Positions 56,915-64,000 of a stretch of DNA of 64,000 bases are shown here, piece after piece. Every line of letters starts with the position of its first letter. Positions within the stretch are counted from its first letter, which is position 1. The notes below the pieces were generated by a model, which had not been told where the DNA came from, did not search any database, and was given only the letters and a program-made list of their open reading frames with translations. Position numbers and translations under genes: made by a program. The DNA is from Eledone cirrhosa (Eukaryota): positions 310,682,001 to 310,746,000 of the forward strand of contig OZ024741.1 in the NCBI GenBank assembly GCA_964016885.1, written 5' to 3'.

Positions 56915-57289
56915 CTATCTCAGCGAAAAGGGCGCCTAATGGGAAAATAGTTTGAAAGGAAGTTGCCCTGAAATCGTAATACAAATGGAATAAAACAAGT
57001 TTCGCGTAAATCGGACCACGGGTTCCCGAAATATGGTGTTTTTCCGGGTACCTTCACTAACAAAGAGAGAGAAAGATAGAGAGAAAGAGATAGTGGTTGT
57101 GACAGACTAGATTGAAAGAGAGACATAGAAAGAGGGAGAAGAGACAGAAAAGGAGAATGGAAGGGAGCAGGTGGTGTTGTTGTATATATATATGTGAGTT
57201 TGTGTGTATATATATGTGTGTGTGAATATATGTGTGTGTCTATGACCAGTGCATATAGATCACAGACATCCACATATATATATATATAC

Positions 57290-57338
<49 letters not shown>

Positions 57339-57359
57339 TTTATATATATACATCCACAC

Positions 57360-57395
<36 letters not shown>

Positions 57396-57670
57396 GCCTT
57401 CCGGTTTCATTTCACATGTCTGTGTATAATTTAATCATTTATAAACTATTTTTAAGTGAACGCCATTTTAAAATGAGAAACATTTTGAAAGCGAATGTGA
57501 CCCAATGGGCCACCGGTGGTCTGGTATATACTATGAATAAACAATTGAAAGTCTTCAGCTATGAATAGAGACTGATGAACAAGAGTCATCTAGCGGATTT
57601 CAACGGAGGTAAGGGCGGGTAAATCTCAACGATCTTCATTTATGACCCAGGTGGCTATCAAGACTGCTCC

Positions 57671-57720
<50 letters not shown>

Positions 57721-58579
57721 TGTATATATAGTGTATTTTGCAATACACTGTATGCTTAATTAAAAGCATTTCGAAGAACTTACGCAATTGGTTTAGAGTA
57801 GTGACAGTCACACTTACTTTAATTTTCACTTACTTTTATTAATTAAGCATACAGTGTCTTGCAAAATACACTATATATATATATCGCTATTCCAGAGCAC
57901 CAATTCTAATTTTATATATATATAAATTAGTTGGAAGTGATATATATAAATTAGTTGGCAGTGATATTTTAGTAAGTAAGTTAATTTTATAATTTTCTTA
58001 TTTTATTAAGTAAGTTAATTTTATAATTTTCTTATTTTATAATTTTCTTATTTTACGTCTCTCATATTATTGTTCTGCAACCCCATGCATTGAACCACAA
58101 AGTTACTAAGACAAAACCTATATATTTGCTAGCATTGATATGCATCTGTATGTATATATATGTTACTAGATATTAATTCTTTATAAATATCTCCAAATTA
58201 TTTGTCGAGCAATATTGGCCATGACTGCTGCTATGGTAGCAGGCAGGCCGCTGTCTTATTAGCAAACCACTTTCCACTGATTGACCTCGATGTCACGTGA
58301 TTGATTCTTTTTGAATTTGCCACCGACGCAGAGGCAGTGATTTTCTCAATGGCTAGGAATTCACTCCACGCTTTGCTATTTTCTATCCACTGAATTATTT
58401 TTTAATAAGTTTCCAGAGTCCACGCTTTGCCTGGATACTTAGATGAGAATAGCCTTCCCTGACAACGGAATGATTCTCTGTGTTTTCTTCGGAAAATATA
58501 TTTATTCCATTCCAGAAACTAATTAGTTGGAAGTGATATTTTAGTAAGTAAGTTAATTTTATAATTTTCTTATTTTACG

Positions 58580-58671
<92 letters not shown>

Positions 58672-58761
58672 TCAGGCGTTGTTTCTGCCATATGAATATA
58701 AGTTAATAGAGTGCTCAACCGAAGGAGCCAAATAGTAATAATATATATATATATATATATA

Positions 58762-59060
58762 TATATTAATAAGAGGAATTCCAACTTTGTCTGGTTTACT
58801 CGTTTTATTTACAATCCTTTAAAATGTATAATGGTATTATAATGAAATAGTATGATAGAATATTAAATTCTAAGTGTTAATTGATTATGAACCACATATT
58901 ATGAACCTGAAGATTGCGAAAGCATGAAAGTACTTGTTCAATTAACACTTAGAATTTAATATTCTATCATACTATTTCATTATAATAACATTATAAATTT
59001 TAAAGGATTGTAAATAAAACGAGTAAACCAGACAAAGTTGGAATTCCTCTTATTAATATA
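58762..59060. repeat. Fold-back with ~122-bp arms whose loop is a hammerhead
   Basis: 58762-58883 is the reverse complement of 58938-59060. Confidence 0.88.
58902..58940 (+). ncRNA. Minimal type I hammerhead ribozyme
   Basis: tgaac-CTGAAGA-t tgc gaaa gca t-GAAA-gtac(palindrome)-TT-gttca. Confidence 0.75.
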
Positions 59061-59095
59061 ATCTTCTATACACAATCATACACACCCGTGTATAT

Positions 59096-59174
<79 letters not shown>

Positions 59175-59390
59175 TCCCGGTTTCAATCGAAGGTAACCAG
59201 TGTAAGTATGGTACAAATGACAATGTAGGGTGTAAATATCATGTTTAATATAGACATGCTTTCTACAGTATTAGAACTATTTCATTCAAAAGTAATCACC
59301 AGGAAAGCCGTTTCCTGGTGATTTCTTTGGATGAAACAATTCTAGTCCTGTAGCAGCGATTTCTATATTAAACATCACATTTACACACAC
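59175..59390. repeat. Family H1 fold-back (decayed CTGGTGA cores)
   Basis: Homologous to 62846-63060 and 27862-28057. Confidence 0.75.
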
Positions 59391-59417
59391 AGACACACGC
59401 ACGCAAACATATATATC

Positions 59418-59500
<83 letters not shown>

Positions 59501-59567
59501 GTGCGTGTGCGTGTGTGTGCGTGTTTGTGTGTGAGTATAGTAAATACGTAAGAAGTTTATGATATAC

Positions 59568-59702
59568 CTTGTTGGCAATTGTCACCAATATAACCTTCAG
59601 AACATCCATCTGAACATGTTCCATTAAGCCTGTCACAATTCCTGTCATTTATACAATGGCATGTTCCATTACAATCAACACCAAATTTTCTTACTGGGCA
59701 TT
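59568..59702 (-). CDS. EGF/laminin-EGF-like exon, paralog of 45304-45435
   Basis: ttttcag acceptor and gtatat donor; 135 nt, phase 1-1; ECPVRKFGVDCNGTCHCINDRNCDRLNGTCSDGCSEGYIGDNCQQ. Confidence 0.88.
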
Positions 59703-60613
59703 CTGAAAATATCAATATATATGATAATGTTGAAGATATCATTAATTACATACAGATATCGATACAATTGTATACCAAATTTTAAGATTAAAGTGGCCTT
59801 GGGATAAAGAAATGAACTTGTATACTTATTGAATATTATATGAATCCTCTATAATATATACATGAATTTTCAGTTCAGTTAAATGCAATGTTAAAAACAT
59901 TATGCAAAAAACAAACGATCCAATATCATCAGAAAAGTAACATATACAATCCTACAAAATCTTACCAAATTCTATCAGTTCCTACGATTTGTATTTGCGA
60001 TATTCTTACATTTAAATAAATACACACAAACACACACATACATATATATACATACGGTATATATATAAATCCATACATTCATACATACATATATATATTT
60101 ATATATATATATATATACATACATATAATATTAGAGTCATAATATTAATGGTATACTGATTCACTGAACAATCTAAACTATCGGAAAAACTACAGTAGTT
60201 GTCCCACGAAACAAAACTGGCCTAAAGTAAAAATATATCGCCATGTAATTCAGACACACAGAGGATAAGGAATATTTAGGTTTTAAAATTACCGCGTATC
60301 GAGTCACGGTGTAGTAGCATGTTGTTTACTAATATAACAGTTCAGTTAAATCATTTTGTTAACTGAAAAATATATTTGTCTAATAGCATTTCCTTCCCGT
60401 GCATTTTTATTTTATTTTACAATTATTTAGTGTTTATTTCCACGTTTCATATTTTGTACAAACAAACAACGGCAAGCATATCTACAGCTGGGGAGATGGG
60501 AATGCCTTATATTTGGGGTGTCGTCTCATCCGCGTATATAGGCTTAAACTGAATTACACCTCAGAATTTGATGGCTTGACCTATGCAGTGGCTTTTACAC
60601 CGCCATATCCGGT

Positions 60614-61657
<1,044 letters not shown>

Positions 61658-61840
61658 GAGAGATAGAGAGAGAGAGAGGGAGTAGAGGGAGAGAGAGAAA
61701 GAGAGAGAGAGCGAGAAAGTGAGAGACAGAAAAACAGCGACAAGAGTGAAAATTAAAATGTTGGCTCTAGCATAGCTTTATACATATAACTATGTGTAGT
61801 TTAGATATCTAGCAATATGCGCCTTGTTTATGTATAATAA

Positions 61841-62028
61841 TTGTTTCTATTTTTTGGCACAAGGCCAGCAATTACCCAGTACATTACTGGTACTTTATTT
61901 TATTGACCCCGTAAGGATGAAAGGCAAAATGAACCTCGGCGGGATTTGAACTCAGATCATAAAGGGACGTAACTCTATGCTTCAAAGAATGGTGTCCGAC
62001 TCTCTACCGATACTGCCAATCCACCGCC
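61841..62028 (-). mobile_element. Full-length tRNA-derived SINE
   Basis: Reverse complement of 38367-38552. Confidence 0.9.
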
Positions 62029-62315
62029 ATTTGTTTATGTATAATAATAACAAACAATTGAAAGTCTTCAGCTATGAATGGAGACTGATAAGCAAGAGCC
62101 ATCTAGCGGATTCCATGAGAAGTAAGGGCGGGTAAATCACAACGACCTTCATTATTGACTCTTGTCGCTATCAAGGCAGTGCTCCCTTATATGATCCCGT
62201 TAAGGGTGAAAGCACCGATTTTTGTTTAAACTTTAAACTGTTATTTTAATATATATATATATATATACATTTACAAAGTGTTTAAACAATCACACCTTTG
62301 TTTCATACATTTATT

Positions 62316-62362
62316 TGCTGACAATTGTTTCTTCCAGAGGGATGTCTGGTTTCATCGGAGCA
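62316..62362 (-). ncRNA. Variant hammerhead (CCGAUGA core)
   Basis: tgct-CCGATGA-aa ccaga catccc tctgg aa-GAAA-caattg-TC-agca. Confidence 0.6.
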
Positions 62363-62845
62363 TAGGGAATGTTTAAACAGGTGATTAAAATGCTAGTTAT
62401 TCAGAAGATTTAGGTAGATACATAAGTGTTGTTAGTGTCCTAGACATCATGTAAAGAATCGGGAGTTAAAAAATGTTATGCTTGAGAGAACACAATTAGA
62501 AGGAGCACTGGTGGAAAGTGCAAGAGGTACAAGCAACAAGTACAGGCCAAAGACGTTAGAAGCAAAGAAAAATATAAGATAGGATACACATAAGATATAA
62601 GATATAAGATATCATAGTATTGGACATCAGGTAATGTTAAGGGTATATAATGCAGGAATTAATACAATCAATAAGGCATGTATGAGGAAAGATTTATATT
62701 ACAGCTGAAATAAGCATATTTCGTGTAGAATGTTAAAGCATTGTTATAAGTACTTAGTACTACCCTCCATATTTATAATTATATATTAAACATATATAAG
62801 TATAAATATTGTTATTACTATATACGTTTATTTATATTTATCTTA

Positions 62846-63060
62846 GTCCCGGTATCAATCGGAGGTATCCAGTTTAAGTATGAAACAAAATACAATTGTA
62901 GGGTGTAAATATCACGTTTAATATAGACATGGCTTCTACAGTACTAGAACTATTTTATTCAAAAATAATCATCAGGAAATCAGTTTCCTGATGATTTCTT
63001 TGGATGAAACTATTCTAGTCCTGTAGAAGCGATTTCTATATGAAACATCATATTTACACA
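62846..63060. repeat. Family H1 fold-back; plus-strand HHR at 62976-63036
   Basis: gaaatc a gtttc-CTGATGA-..-GAAA-..ctg-TA-gaagc gatttc; inverted copy immediately upstream. Confidence 0.8.
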
Positions 63061-63114
63061 CACATACTCACACATTTATGTATATGTATATATATATACA
63101 TGTATATATATAAG

Positions 63115-63146
<32 letters not shown>

Positions 63147-63290
63147 TGTATATGTATACATATGTACATACATATATATATATATATACATATATAGATA
63201 TATACATATATATATATATGTACGTATGTATACACACACATATATATATGTATGTATGTACATATGTATACATACATATATATATATATA

Positions 63291-63480
63291 TAACGAAGGA
63301 AATGTGGTAAGGAACCAGATGGACCATAACGCACCAAAACACTCAATACTTAGCGTAGTAGAGTGGGTAATAGGAACGAGTAGGACCCCGACGGCTGAGC
63401 TCAAACCGTTTCAACGGCTAATTCTGGACTGAATTAGCCGTCGAAACGGCTTGAGCTCAGCCGTCGGGGTCCTACTCGTT

Positions 63481-63485
<5 letters not shown>
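63291..63485. repeat. Family H2 element with terminal palindrome (63370-63485) of hammerhead 3' halves
   Basis: Homologous to 34202-34324, 60821-60921 and 22047-22085. Confidence 0.8.
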
Positions 63486-63527
<42 letters not shown>

Positions 63528-63790
63528 GCATAGATATGTGTGAGTGTGTGTGTGTAAGTATGATGTTTCATATAGAAACCGCTTCTACAGGACTAGAATA
63601 TATATATCATATATATAGCTTCGTCTAATTGATTTTTTATATGGTTAATTATGCTAATTGGGAGAGGAAACTGTATATATTTTATCTGGTGATTCTATAG
63701 ACATGTTCTATGATATATAGCTCTGATTATTTAATTTATTAATTCTTCATTGAGCCACAAAGTGACCCGTTGCAAAACATATGTATCTAT

Positions 63791-63830
<40 letters not shown>

Positions 63831-64000
63831 CTCTATATGTAATAATCTCCCGTTAGGTTGAGATAAAATTTTGGCTGTATTGTGCTGCGCTTTCTAGCAA
63901 AATGCCTACCAGCCGTAAGCAACTAATCACATCCTTTCTAACTTGACCGCTGCCACGTCACGATTCTTAGGCATTTTTGAATGTATTCTTGGTGCGATCA

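Noticed and set aside
57572-57600. CTGATGA motif
   Set aside because: No stem II/GAAA partner; the paralog at 62085 reads CTGATAA

Overview
Eukaryotic, AT-rich, microsatellite-rich animal DNA; the SINE and LINE repertoire suggests a cephalopod such as Octopus (inference, not proven). Most of the window is decayed retroelements. These are L1/Tx1-type LINEs stacked in (TAA)n and (GATA)n tracts, R4/Dong-type restriction-like-endonuclease (RLE) LINEs in (TAA)n, at least six Penelope-like element (PLE; RT/GIY-YIG) fragments, tRNA-derived SINEs, an RTE tail and MITEs. They sit in and beyond the introns of a minus-strand gene with duplicated EGF/laminin-EGF exons (59568-59702, 45304-45435) and probable cytoplasmic exons near 22.1-22.7 kb. 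The least explained signal is non-coding. Between about 27 and 63 kb there are more than a dozen type I hammerhead ribozyme (HHR) motifs from many unrelated short repeats, mostly embedded in (TA)n and often at the turning point of fold-back palindromes. Two stand out: a tandem ~565-bp HHR monomer array resembling a retrozyme, and a 281-bp insertion flanked by a target-site duplication (TSD) that joins an intact HHR to a Tx1-LINE 3' tail. All structures were read by eye; no folding or database search was run.
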